Part shown: positions 1 through 8,017 of the stretch, piece by piece
Layout: each line of letters begins with the position of its first letter
How positions within the stretch are numbered: position 1 is the stretch's first letter
Source: Akkermansia muciniphila ATCC BAA-835
Lineage (GTDB): Bacteria > Verrucomicrobiota > Verrucomicrobiia > Verrucomicrobiales > Akkermansiaceae
Assembly (NCBI RefSeq): GCF_000020225.1
Contig: NC_010655.1
Location: forward strand, 60,001-92,000
Reading direction: 5' to 3'
Length of the DNA: 32,000 bases
Made by a program: the position numbers and the translations under genes
The notes under the pieces: generated by a model
The model's database searches: none
What the model was told of the DNA's origin: nothing
Seen by the model: only the letters and a program-made list of their open reading frames with translations

Positions 1-1533
1 ACCGGTTCCGGCAAGACGGAGGTTTACTTACAGGCCGTTTCCCAAATAGTAAAATCCGGAAAATCCGCCCTGATCATGGTGCCGGAAATTTCCCTGACGC
101 CCCAGACGGTTCAGCGTTTCAAATCCCGTTTCGCAGAACTGCCTTCCTCCGTGGCAGTGCTGCACAGCCTCCTCTCGGACGGGGAGCGCTTTGACGAATG
201 GCATGCCATCCGTTCCGGAAAAGCCCGCATCGTCATCGGTCCCCGTTCCGCCGTCTTCGCCCCCCTCCAAAATCTGGGCCTGGTGATTGTGGATGAAGAA
301 CACGACGCCTCTTACAAACAGGAAAGCTCCCCCCGCTACCACGGGCGGGATCTGGCCGTGCTGCGCGCCCATCTGGAAAATTGCGCCGTGCTTCTTGGCT
401 CTGCCACTCCCTCCCTGGAAAGCATCCATAACGCCCTGATTGGAAAATATTCCCTGGTAAAACTGACGGAAAGGGCGGACGGCCAGCAGCTCCCGCTCAT
501 TCGCATCCTGGACATGAAAACGGAAGGAAGGAACAAATCCGGTCCCAACGTTATCTCCGAACGCCTCAGGATGTCCATTGACCGGCGTCTCGACAAGGGG
601 GAACAGGTCATCCTGCTGCTCAACAGGCGCGGATTCGCACGCTCCATCCAATGCCCGGACTGCGGCCACGTAGTCACGTGCCTGCACTGCTCCCTGCCCC
701 TGACCTACCACCGTACGGAAGACCGCCTCATGTGCCACCTGTGCGGATTCAAAGCCCTCCCGCCCCGTTCCTGCCCGGAATGCCGGTCCGCCAACATCCT
801 GCTCCAGGGGTACGGAACCCAGAAAGTGGAGGAACTCCTGCGCCGCACCTTCCCTGCGGCGCGCATCACGCGCGTGGATGCGGACGTGGCCCGGCGGAAA
901 AACGCCGTCCGGACCATTCTGAACCAGTTTCGCGCCCATAAGATAGATATTCTCCTGGGCACCCAAATGATCGCCAAAGGTTTGGATTTTCCCAACGTGA
1001 CGCTGGTAGGCGTACTGAACGCGGACCTGGGGCTCCACATCCCGGATCCCCGTGCAGGGGAACGCACTTTCCAGCTCCTGACGCAGGTAGCGGGCCGCGC
1101 CGGCCGCGGCGATCTTTCCGGAGAAGTCATTATCCAGACTTTTACGCCCCAGTCCCCCTCCCTGCAATACGCCCGGCACCATGACACGGACGGCTTTGCA
1201 GCCCAGGAACTGGAAATGCGGCGTACTTTCGACCTCCCCCCCTTCACCCATATCGCCGTCTTGACCATACGTTCCCAGCATGAAAGCATGGCGGAATTCG
1301 CCACGCAAACCCTCGCGGCCCGCCTGCGCGGCATGCTCCCCCCTCCCGCCACGATGACCGACCCCATGCCTGCCCCCATCCCCCGTGCGCACGGACAGTT
1401 CAGATTCCAGATTACGGTCAAGGGGCCATCCGCCCGCATCCTCTCCCGCACTCTCCGGAAACTGGTGCAGGAAGCCGGCCTGGGGGAAGACTTGACGGCT
1501 GTCATTGATGTGGATGCCATGTCATTCATGTAA
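1..1533 (+). CDS. priA: Primosomal protein N' (PriA replication-restart helicase), 5'-truncated by the window edge
   Basis: Frame 1 is open from base 1 (TGSGKTEVYLQAV..., Walker A GSGKT) and runs into the 76..1533 ORF. It has a DEEH box (VIVDEEHD) and a Cys-rich zinc insert (CPDCGHVVTCLHCSLPLTYH..CHLCG..CPECRS). Helicase C-terminal motifs are present (LLGTQMIAKGLDFPNVTLVGV, QVAGRAGR). Confidence 0.9.
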   Translation, partial: TGSGKTEVYLQAVSQIVKSGKSALIMVPEISLTPQTVQRFKSRFAELPSSVAVLHSLLSDGERFDEWHAIRSGKARIVIGPRSAVFAPLQNLGLVIVDEEHDASYKQESSPRYHGRDLAVLRAHLENCAVLLGSATPSLESIHNALIGKYSLVKLTERADGQQLPLIRILDMKTEGRNKSGPNVISERLRMSIDRRLDKGEQVILLLNRRGFARSIQCPDCGHVVTCLHCSLPLTYHRTEDRLMCHLCGFKALPPRSCPECRSANILLQGYGTQKVEELLRRTFPAARITRVDADVARRKNAVRTILNQFRAHKIDILLGTQMIAKGLDFPNVTLVGVLNADLGLHIPDPRAGERTFQLLTQVAGRAGRGDLSGEVIIQTFTPQSPSLQYARHHDTDGFAAQELEMRRTFDLPPFTHIAVLTIRSQHESMAEFATQTLAARLRGMLPPPATMTDPMPAPIPRAHGQFRFQITVKGPSARILSRTLRKLVQEAGLGEDLTAVIDVDAMSFM

Positions 1534-1592
1534 GCCGCCTTGCCAAAACCGGCCGGGAACATTAGACTTTCGGCACAACACAACTTACTATT

Positions 1593-2417
1593 ATGCTGCT
1601 TCACTTCTACAAGATGACGGGTGCCGGCAACGACTTTGTCATGGTGGACAATCGTGACCTGAGCCTCTCCTCCGTGCTGGACAGAGAAACCATAGAAGCC
1701 CTGTGTGACCGCCGCTTCGGCATTGGGGCTGACGGGTTGATCGCCGTGGAACCTTCCCAGGGCAAGGGGGGAATTGTTCGTATGCGTTATTACAATGCGG
1801 ACGGCGGAGAAGCGGAAATGTGCGGCAATGGCGCCCGCTGCTTCGGCAACTTTGCCGCCGCCCTGCTTCATCACGACAAGACAGCCCCCCTTCCTTTTGA
1901 AACCATGGCCGGCGTCGTCACCGCAACCTTTGAAAAAGACGGCAACGTCACCGTAAACCTGACCAATCCCCACTCCATGCAGCTCTTCGTGCTGAATGCC
2001 GATCCGACTGTGGGGGCAGATGTCCATTTCCTGAACACGGGCGTCCCCCATGCCGTTGCGTTTCTGGACAAGCTGGAGGGCCTGGACATTTCCAGGCTGG
2101 GAGCCTATCTGCGTTACCATGAGGCCTTTTCACCCAAAGGCACCAATGCCAACTTCGCCAGAATCCTGTCTCCGGGGCACATTGCCATACGTACTTACGA
2201 ACGCGGCGTAGAGGATGAAACGCTTGCCTGCGGAACGGGAATGACCGCCTGTGCGCTGCTGCATGCCGTATTGACGGACGCCCCCTCCCCCATTCAGGTG
2301 GACGTGGCGGGCGGAGACACGCTTAAAGTCGGATTCCAACGCACAGGGGACCGTTTCACTGACGTCACGCTGACCGGACCGGCAGACCTTGTGTTCACCG
2401 GAGACATTCAGATCTAA
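1593..2417 (+). CDS. dapF: Diaminopimelate epimerase
   Basis: 274 aa. It has the N-terminal MTGAGNDFVMVDNR motif and two catalytic-Cys motifs (MCGNGARC and ETLACGTGMTA). Length is typical of DapF. Confidence 0.9.
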   Translation: MLLHFYKMTGAGNDFVMVDNRDLSLSSVLDRETIEALCDRRFGIGADGLIAVEPSQGKGGIVRMRYYNADGGEAEMCGNGARCFGNFAAALLHHDKTAPLPFETMAGVVTATFEKDGNVTVNLTNPHSMQLFVLNADPTVGADVHFLNTGVPHAVAFLDKLEGLDISRLGAYLRYHEAFSPKGTNANFARILSPGHIAIRTYERGVEDETLACGTGMTACALLHAVLTDAPSPIQVDVAGGDTLKVGFQRTGDRFTDVTLTGPADLVFTGDIQI

Positions 2418-2460
2418 ACAGCTTCGACCTGAAAAGGCGGACTCCTTCCCATCAGGGAAA

Positions 2461-3240
2461 TTATCTGTTCAGCAGGGAACATTCCGCCCGCACATAACCG
2501 CCGTAATTATTGCAGAACGCCTTGTACACGGCAGGGCCCATATTCGTTTCGCAATAGTACTTTACGGTAATACAGCCGTTTTCGCGTTCCATATTAAGAA
2601 AACGGCTGGACAGCAGTACCAGATTGCTCTGGTAATTCCACAAAGCCATGTCACGCTCCATTTCCTCATGAATCCTGTCGCATATAAAGCTCTCCGGAGG
2701 AGGAAACAGAATGGCGCTGACAACACCGATCAGACAGATTCCCGGAATGACCCCTACGGCAAGAACCCCGTGACATTTCCTGACCAGGGGAAGGTGATTC
2801 CTGAATTTCCGGAAAATGGTGAAACGGAATAAATAACCCGCCAGCAGCGCCACCGGGAAGAACACATTCACGTACTCAAAAGCCAGGCTCATTCCTCCAA
2901 GAACGAAAAAACCGATGCCCTTCCATACCTTCCGGTAAACAGGAATGCAGGTACAAAGAAACACGTACAGAAGATATCCCAGCAGGCAAAGGAAAGGCAG
3001 AAGCGTTCCCGTAAAAATATGCTCCACCATGCAGTCCCACGGATATTCCCTGCTGGGAGCGAAGGCTTCATGGAAAAACATGCATACCATGCTCAAAAGC
3101 ACCAGCGCGGCAAGAAGGATGGTCTTTACTTTTTTTGACTCATACAAAAGCCACAGCAAAACAACTCCGAACGGCAATAAATAGCAACCTATATTGTTGA
3201 ATACAGTGGACAACATGGGAATATGAGGAAAGAAATTCAT
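2461..3240 (-). CDS. Hypothetical polytopic membrane protein with a Cys-rich soluble C-terminal domain
   Basis: 259-aa ORF with about 6 hydrophobic segments, followed by a roughly 90-aa Cys-containing tail (..CDRIHEEMERD..CITVKYYCETN..FCNNYGGYVRAEC). G+C is visibly lower than in the neighbours. I recognise no family. Confidence 0.55.
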   Translation of the reverse strand: MNFFPHIPMLSTVFNNIGCYLLPFGVVLLWLLYESKKVKTILLAALVLLSMVCMFFHEAFAPSREYPWDCMVEHIFTGTLLPFLCLLGYLLYVFLCTCIPVYRKVWKGIGFFVLGGMSLAFEYVNVFFPVALLAGYLFRFTIFRKFRNHLPLVRKCHGVLAVGVIPGICLIGVVSAILFPPPESFICDRIHEEMERDMALWNYQSNLVLLSSRFLNMERENGCITVKYYCETNMGPAVYKAFCNNYGGYVRAECSLLNR

Positions 3241-3397
3241 GGAGCGGATACGGATGAATGAGCGGTTAACAACTAAAACGCAGCAGCGGCTTCAGCAACA
3301 ATAATTGGAAATAAAATAAATTCAAACACTCGTTTTCAAATAACCCATAAAAAATCATATTCTTTTCACGAAAAGACGTTCAGCCGGGCTCTCCCAC

Positions 3398-3685
3398 TTG
3401 ACAAAACAACCCTCTGAAAAGGATAGTAACGCTCTTGTGAAACACTACCTTTTCATCCAGGCCGTCCTCCTTCCGGTTCTCTTCTGCCTTCCCCAATGCA
3501 GCCGCAAACCGCTCCTTCCGGAATATACGCCTCTGTGTTCCGGAATGGTGCCGGGAGAACACACTGCCCACCGGGCCCTCCGGGCACGGGAAAACAGAAC
3601 CTACCGGGTCGGCCCGAAAGGCGGCGTATATTACATCAATTCCCATAATAAAAAAGTTTACATCAAATCCAGGAGGGTGCAATAG
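3398..3685 (+). CDS. Possible small secreted protein with a C-terminal GPxGGxYYI..KKxY motif
   Basis: 95-aa ORF with a TTG start. It has a basic N-region, a hydrophobic stretch (LFIQAVLLPVLFCLPQC, signal or lipobox-like) and the C-terminal RTYRVGPKGGVYYINSHNKKVYIK. I recall that last motif as a short basic module in many small bacterial proteins. A minus-strand ORF of similar length overlaps, so coding status is uncertain. Confidence 0.4.
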   Translation: MTKQPSEKDSNALVKHYLFIQAVLLPVLFCLPQCSRKPLLPEYTPLCSGMVPGEHTAHRALRARENRTYRVGPKGGVYYINSHNKKVYIKSRRVQ

Positions 3686-3803
3686 AAGACCACACGGTTT
3701 CTCCGCAATTTTCCAAATGGGAAACAAATAACCGTCCTATCATGTTCTCATTGTATAATTGAGAAAATATTCCGTCCAAAAAACTCATTAAACTCATTTT
3801 CTT

Positions 3804-3832
3804 CTTGCCAAAATGGAAGAGGACGGGTAATG
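3804..3832 (+). promoter_or_regulatory. Sigma-70-like promoter candidate for tRNA-His (TTGCCA-N17-TAATGT)
   Basis: TTGCCA at 3804-3809, a 17-nt spacer and TAATGT at 3827-3832. It lies about 24 nt upstream of the tRNA 5' end. Motif match only. Confidence 0.35.
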
Positions 3833-3855
3833 TCTGCCGCACCACAACACTAAAT

Positions 3856-3931
3856 GGTGTCGGTAGTTCAATGGTAGAGCCCCAGATTGTGATTCTGGTC
3901 GTTGCGGGTTCGAGTCCCGTCCGACACCCCA
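3856..3931 (+). tRNA. tRNA-His (anticodon GTG), with encoded G-1 and 3' CCA
   Basis: Hand-folded cloverleaf: G(-1) + acceptor GTGTCGG/CCGACAC, D stem GTTC/GAGC, anticodon stem CCAGA/TCTGG with loop TTGTGAT, T arm GCGGG-TTCGAGT-CCCGT. Discriminator is C3928 and CCA is at 3929-3931. The extra 5' G pairing with C73 is the His identity element. Confidence 0.93.
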
Positions 3932-3950
3932 TCCCCTTTCCTTCATAAAA

Positions 3951-3974
3951 AGAGCACTTATAGTGCTCTTTTTT
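3951..3974 (+). terminator. Rho-independent terminator after tRNA-His
   Basis: Stem AGAGCAC / GTGCTCT with a short loop, followed by a T run (3969-3974). An A run precedes it, so it could act in both directions. Confidence 0.6.
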
Positions 3975-3996
3975 ACTATCCCCCAGCCCTTTCCGC

Positions 3997-4668
3997 ATGC
4001 GTAATCCAGAATTCGTCAAAGCCGCTTTTTCCGCTATTGCCCCGCGCTATGTGGCTACCAACCATGTGCTGAGCATGGGTGTGGACCTGCTATGGCGCCA
4101 GCGCGTCGTTCAGCTTGTCTCCGAATGGAAACCGGAAAACCTTCTGGATCTGGCGACTGGAACGGGAGACCTGGCCCTGGCCATCCTGAACGCAATGCCG
4201 GAAATCCGCCTCACCGGGTCCGACTTCTGCCAGCCCATGCTGGACATAGCGGCCAGGCGGGGACTGGATCATCTGGTTTGCGCAGACGCCATGAACCTGC
4301 CCTTCCCCTCCGCCTCCTATGATGCGGTCACTGTCGCCTTTGGCCTGAGGAACATGGCCAGCTATCCGGACGCCCTGCGGGAAATGGGCCGTATGCTGCG
4401 TCCGGGGGGCCATCTGCTCATTCTGGATTTTTCCCTGCCTGAGAGCCTGTTGAAAAGCCCTTACCGGTTTTATCTGCACCGCATCCTTCCCGTCATCGCA
4501 GGGTGGATGACCGGCCACCGGGAAGCATACGACTACCTGGCGGACAGCATTGAAGCCTTCCCCTGCGGGCAGGCCATGAAGACTCTGCTGCGGGAATGCG
4601 GCTACAGCAACATCACGGCGGAAGCTCTGAACGGGGGAATTGCCAGCATTTACACAGCCCAGCGATGA
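3997..4668 (+). CDS. ubiE: Demethylmenaquinone/ubiquinone C-methyltransferase (UbiE/MenG family)
   Basis: 223 aa. Contains FSAIAPRYVATNHVLSMGVDLLWR, the SAM motif LLDLATGTGDLA, then AFGLRN and GGHLLILDFS, all characteristic of UbiE/MenG. Confidence 0.88.
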   Translation: MRNPEFVKAAFSAIAPRYVATNHVLSMGVDLLWRQRVVQLVSEWKPENLLDLATGTGDLALAILNAMPEIRLTGSDFCQPMLDIAARRGLDHLVCADAMNLPFPSASYDAVTVAFGLRNMASYPDALREMGRMLRPGGHLLILDFSLPESLLKSPYRFYLHRILPVIAGWMTGHREAYDYLADSIEAFPCGQAMKTLLRECGYSNITAEALNGGIASIYTAQR

Positions 4669-6170
4669 GTGCGGGGGACGCAAGAGAAGGCATCATACGC
4701 GGCAAGGCGGCACGCGCCCGCCTGGGCGGAAAACTTGCCGGACTATCCCTGCCCCGGCAAATCGCCGTGATTGCTTTCTGGCCATTCCTGGAACAGCTGC
4801 TGAGCTTTTTCGTCACCTCGTCCGACCTTTTCATCGCCACTAAAATAGGGGTGGACGCCCAGGACACCATCAACATCTCTGACGGCATGGGCGCCGTCGT
4901 CTTCATCATGTGGTTCGGCTTCGTCATCCAGGGGTCTATCATGATGGGAGCCACAGCCATCGTTTCCCGCATGACGGGCGCCAGGGACTATCCCCAGGCC
5001 CAGCATGGCCTGCACCAGGCCGCCATGCTGGGGCTCCTGGCAGGAACCATCTCCTGCGGACTTCTCTTCACATGCAGCGATTTCCTGGTCACGCACGTAC
5101 TGACCATGAATGAAACCGCCCGGGCCTACGCCCTGCAATACGTTTATATGGCCGCATTTGCGGCCCCGTTCAGCGGCGTGGTCTTTGCCATCAATGCCGC
5201 CCTGCGAGGCTCCGGAGACACGCGGCTTCCCTTCTGGATCATGATGAGCGTAGGCATCCTCAATGTCATCTTCAGCGTCATCTTCGTCTTTGCGGACGCT
5301 CCTCTGGGCGGCTGGCGCATCGGAGGAATTGCGGCAGGAACGGTCTGCGGCTACGGCATCAGCATGTGCATCCTGCTGTTCATCATGCTGCGGCGCAGAA
5401 AAAAAATCTTCACGGGCAGGAAAAATGAATCCCTGGAAGAACTTGTCCGGGAACGGGGAGAACACTATGCCCCGCCCCTGTACCTCAGCTTTTCCCATCT
5501 GCGGCCGGACATGGGCATGCAGAAGCGCATCCTGAAAATCGGGCTGCCGCAGGCCGTGGAAGTCTTCGGCATGTGGGGCATCCAGATGTTCTGCCTTTCC
5601 ATCATCAGTGAACTGCCTGTTAAAGGCGTGCTGGGCGTCCACAATATTGCCGTCCGCATTGAATCGCTCAGTTTCCTGCCCGGCTTCGCCATCGGCATGG
5701 CCGCTTCCACGCTCGTGGGGCAATACCTGGGCGCCCGGAACGCGCTTATGGCCCGCATCACCATCTGGAAATGCATGCGGTACGCCGTCATCTTCATGAC
5801 AGGCCTGGGAGTGCTCTTCAGCGCCTTTCCCGCCCTGTTCATGGAGATATTTTCCAACGGCAGCACGACCCTCATTGATACCGGAATCCCCGTGTTGCGC
5901 ACCATGTTGGTGGTGGAACCCTTCTTCGCCGCCTGCATCGTGATGAAAATGTCCCTGCGCGGCGCGGGAGACACCCGGAGAGTCATGCTTATTTCCTACG
6001 GCATTATGGGCTTTTTCCGGGTCGTCTGCACCTGGGTATGGTTCAGGCTGGCACCGGAAACCATGACTTTGTGGGGCATCTGGCTGGTTTTCGCCTTTGA
6101 AATGGCCGTTCAATCCGCCATCCTCTATAAAATCGTCAAGGGGCGGAGCTGGACGAAGCTGCAAGTCTGA
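4665..6170 (+). CDS. MATE-family efflux transporter
   Basis: About 500 aa with about 12 hydrophobic segments and an internal two-fold repeat. It has MATE-like motifs (..AAPFSGVVFAINAALRGSGDTRLPF.. and ..MKMSLRGAGDTRRVM..). I prefer the ATG at 4665, which overlaps the ubiE stop (ATGA), over the ORF-track start at 4596. Confidence 0.85.
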   Translation: MSAGDAREGIIRGKAARARLGGKLAGLSLPRQIAVIAFWPFLEQLLSFFVTSSDLFIATKIGVDAQDTINISDGMGAVVFIMWFGFVIQGSIMMGATAIVSRMTGARDYPQAQHGLHQAAMLGLLAGTISCGLLFTCSDFLVTHVLTMNETARAYALQYVYMAAFAAPFSGVVFAINAALRGSGDTRLPFWIMMSVGILNVIFSVIFVFADAPLGGWRIGGIAAGTVCGYGISMCILLFIMLRRRKKIFTGRKNESLEELVRERGEHYAPPLYLSFSHLRPDMGMQKRILKIGLPQAVEVFGMWGIQMFCLSIISELPVKGVLGVHNIAVRIESLSFLPGFAIGMAASTLVGQYLGARNALMARITIWKCMRYAVIFMTGLGVLFSAFPALFMEIFSNGSTTLIDTGIPVLRTMLVVEPFFAACIVMKMSLRGAGDTRRVMLISYGIMGFFRVVCTWVWFRLAPETMTLWGIWLVFAFEMAVQSAILYKIVKGRSWTKLQV

Positions 6171-6240
6171 ACCTTTCTCCGGCCTCTCCCGCCTCCCGGC
6201 CCATTCGCAAATCCAAAACGTTTACTGCAGGATAAAAACT

Positions 6241-6269
6241 TTGCTTTCCTCCTCCAATTCTGCTAGCAT
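6241..6269 (+). promoter_or_regulatory. Sigma-70-like promoter candidate for tRNA-Met (TTGCTT-N17-TAGCAT)
   Basis: TTGCTT at 6241-6246, a 17-nt spacer and TAGCAT at 6264-6269. It lies about 22 nt upstream of the tRNA. Motif match only. Confidence 0.3.
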
Positions 6270-6290
6270 CCTTTCACGTTGTTCTGCAAC

Positions 6291-6366
<76 letters not shown>

Positions 6367-6371
6367 GATAA

Positions 6372-6408
6372 CCCCCTGCAAGCTTTTCACTTGCAGGGGG
6401 TTTCCTTT
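6372..6408 (+). terminator. Rho-independent terminator after tRNA-Met
   Basis: 11-bp stem CCCCCTGCAAG (6372-6382) / CTTGCAGGGGG (6390-6400) with a 7-nt loop, followed by TTTCCTTTT. Confidence 0.8.
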
Positions 6409-6593
6409 TCCAGCGCAGAAGAAAAAGGCTCCTGTTGAAGACGCCTCTGCTTCCCCTCCTGCATATGACGGAGCTTCAAAACGACTGCCGGCAAATTCCC
6501 CGGTCGGCAAGTCCATGCCGAACACATCCCCATACAAATACAACAACCATCCGGAAATTCTGTGGGGAATTTCCGGGTAGTGGAAATTCATGC

Positions 6594-7443
6594 TTAAAGG
6601 GAGTCCACGAGGGCTGCCAAATCATCATCATATACGAACTTGCATCGATCTCCCCGTTTCTTGAACAGTTCAAACAGGCGCGGCATGTCCGTATCCGAAA
6701 CGGAGAGGCCCAGCGCACTCAGGCGCATTTTCACGGCGTGCCTTCCAGAATGCTTGGTCAAAGGCAGTTCCGTAGCGCCCCAGCCGATTTCCTCCGGGTC
6801 CATCACTTCATACGTGCTGCGGTTTTTCAGCACGCCGTCCTGGTGAACAGCCGAATGCGGTCCACATTGGGAACATGGGATTTCAGATAGGAAATCAGGC
6901 GGAAATATTCCTCCGGCATCGTGAACCCCACCGTATCCGGAATATTGATGACGGCAGCGCCCGCGTCAATTACAGACTCTACAATCTCCGCCAGGAATTC
7001 CGGCTCCGTGCGGGAAGCGTCCTCTGCGGAAAACTGCACTTCCCCGCACAAATCGGAAGCCATGGCAACGGACTTTACGGCCATGTTCCTGATTTGTTCC
7101 CGGCTTTTTCCCAGCTTGTATTTCCGGTGGATGGGGGAGGTGGCCACCACCAGATGGATGCGCTCCCGTTCCCCGGCTGCCTTCAACGCTTCATGGGCGG
7201 CGATGTCCTTTTCCACGCAGCGGGCCAGCCCGCAGACACGGCTTTTTCCGTGCGTTCCGCCACGGCCCGGACAACTCGGAAATCGCCGTCTGAAATAACG
7301 GGGAAGCCCGCTTCAATAATATCCACGCCCAGCGTTTCCAGCTGCATGGCCACCTGTATTTTCTGCTCCACGTTCATCGCCGCGCCGGGGCACTGTTCCC
7401 CGTCTCTCAGCGTCGTATCAAAAATATGTATTTGTTCTTTCAT
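6594..7443 (-). pseudogene. Decayed 2-isopropylmalate synthase (LeuA/HMGL-like) paralogue
   Basis: Three consecutive minus-strand ORF fragments (7443-7183, 7216-6827, 6833-6594) each align with successive parts of the intact LeuA at 27991-29547. Examples: [20 protein letters not shown].. and ERERIHLVVATSPIH..AEDASRTEPEFL..INIPDTVGFTMPEE. The third fragment is HQDGVLKNRSTYEVMDPEEIGWGATELPLTKHSGR..KFVYDDDL. Frame changes occur near 7230 and near 6845. About 100 codons, including the HxH metal site, are missing, as is the whole C-terminal regulatory domain. Confidence 0.85.
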
Positions 7444-7597
7444 TTACAGTAAAAATGTTAAGAGGTCGTTCCTTCGGGAACTGCGCACGGAAAACGTTCC
7501 TGTTACGGAATCATTCCTTTGGTGCAAATCAAGACAGCCGTTTACTTCCCTCGCCCCGGAACGGCTCACCGGCGCATATCAAGATATCTTCACGGAC

Positions 7598-7648
7598 TTA
7601 CCGTCCGAGAAGCAGCAATAGACGACCTTGCAGAAACAGGGTATTCAT
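7598..7648 (-). CDS. Candidate leucine leader peptide (16 aa, MNTLFLQGRLLLLLGR) upstream of the leuA-like pseudogene
   Basis: The reverse complement of 7598-7648 reads atg aat acc ctg ttt ctg caa ggt cgt cta ttg ctg ctt ctc gga cgg taa. Seven of 16 codons are Leu. Five are consecutive and use five different Leu codons. It lies 154 nt upstream of the pseudogene ATG (7443). The intervening RNA is rich in mutually complementary GGAAC/GTTCC and AGCCGTT/AACGGCT segments. Confidence 0.5.
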   Translation of the reverse strand: MNTLFLQGRLLLLLGR

Positions 7649-7981
7649 CTTGCTTGTTTTTACTATAAATCCACCCTGAATGGGGAACGGGACAGACAAT
7701 GCTCTTTAAAACCTGCTCTGTCAAGACACCTCAAATACATATGACATTGTTAGAGTTGTCTCATCCATTGAAATTTTGAAAGAGAGTGCCTTCCTTCACA
7801 AAAAAACTGCCTGTTAAACAAGGTTATAATGTACGAATAAACATAGAATTCCAATAACTGGAACTCATTCCTGAAATCAGTTCCAGATGAGAAAATTATG
7901 TAACCCCAAACTGGATAATACGCCTAATAACAATCTATTAAGATTACCATAGGATAAGGTTTGACACATTATTCACAACTC

Positions 7982-8017
7982 AACGGCCTATTGCTATTCA
8001 CAGCAATAGGCCGTTTT
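7982..8017. terminator. Strong hairpin immediately 3' of recJ (terminator-like)
   Basis: Perfect 14-bp stem AACGGCCTATTGCT (7982-7995) / AGCAATAGGCCGTT (8002-8015) with a 6-nt loop. The T tract (8014-8017) lies on the plus-strand side. On the recJ (minus) side no U tract follows, so its function as the recJ terminator is uncertain. Confidence 0.45.

Noticed and set aside
28-2120. Long minus-strand ORFs 28-1392 (454 aa) and 705-2120 (471 aa), antisense to priA and dapF
   Set aside because: These are shadow ORFs in GC-rich DNA. Their translations are Gly/Arg/Ala/Pro-rich with no motifs. The plus-strand frames carry unambiguous PriA and DapF motifs.
3380-4019. Minus-strand ORFs 3380-3727 (115 aa) and 3663-4019 (118 aa)
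   Set aside because: The second runs antisense straight through tRNA-His and its terminator. The first has no motifs and competes with the plus-strand ORF that carries a recognisable C-terminal motif. Neither is supported.
4743-6164. 473-aa minus-strand ORF antisense to the MATE gene
   Set aside because: The translation is low-complexity and rich in His, Asp and Gly. The sense strand encodes a coherent 12-TM transporter.
6367-8017. Direct repeat of the tRNA-Met 3' end (att-like) that would mark an integrated element containing the leuA pseudogene
   Set aside because: I could not find a copy of the tRNA 3' segment (..GGTTCGAACCCTACCGGGCCTA) anywhere in 6400-8017 by eye, so an integration-site model is unsupported.
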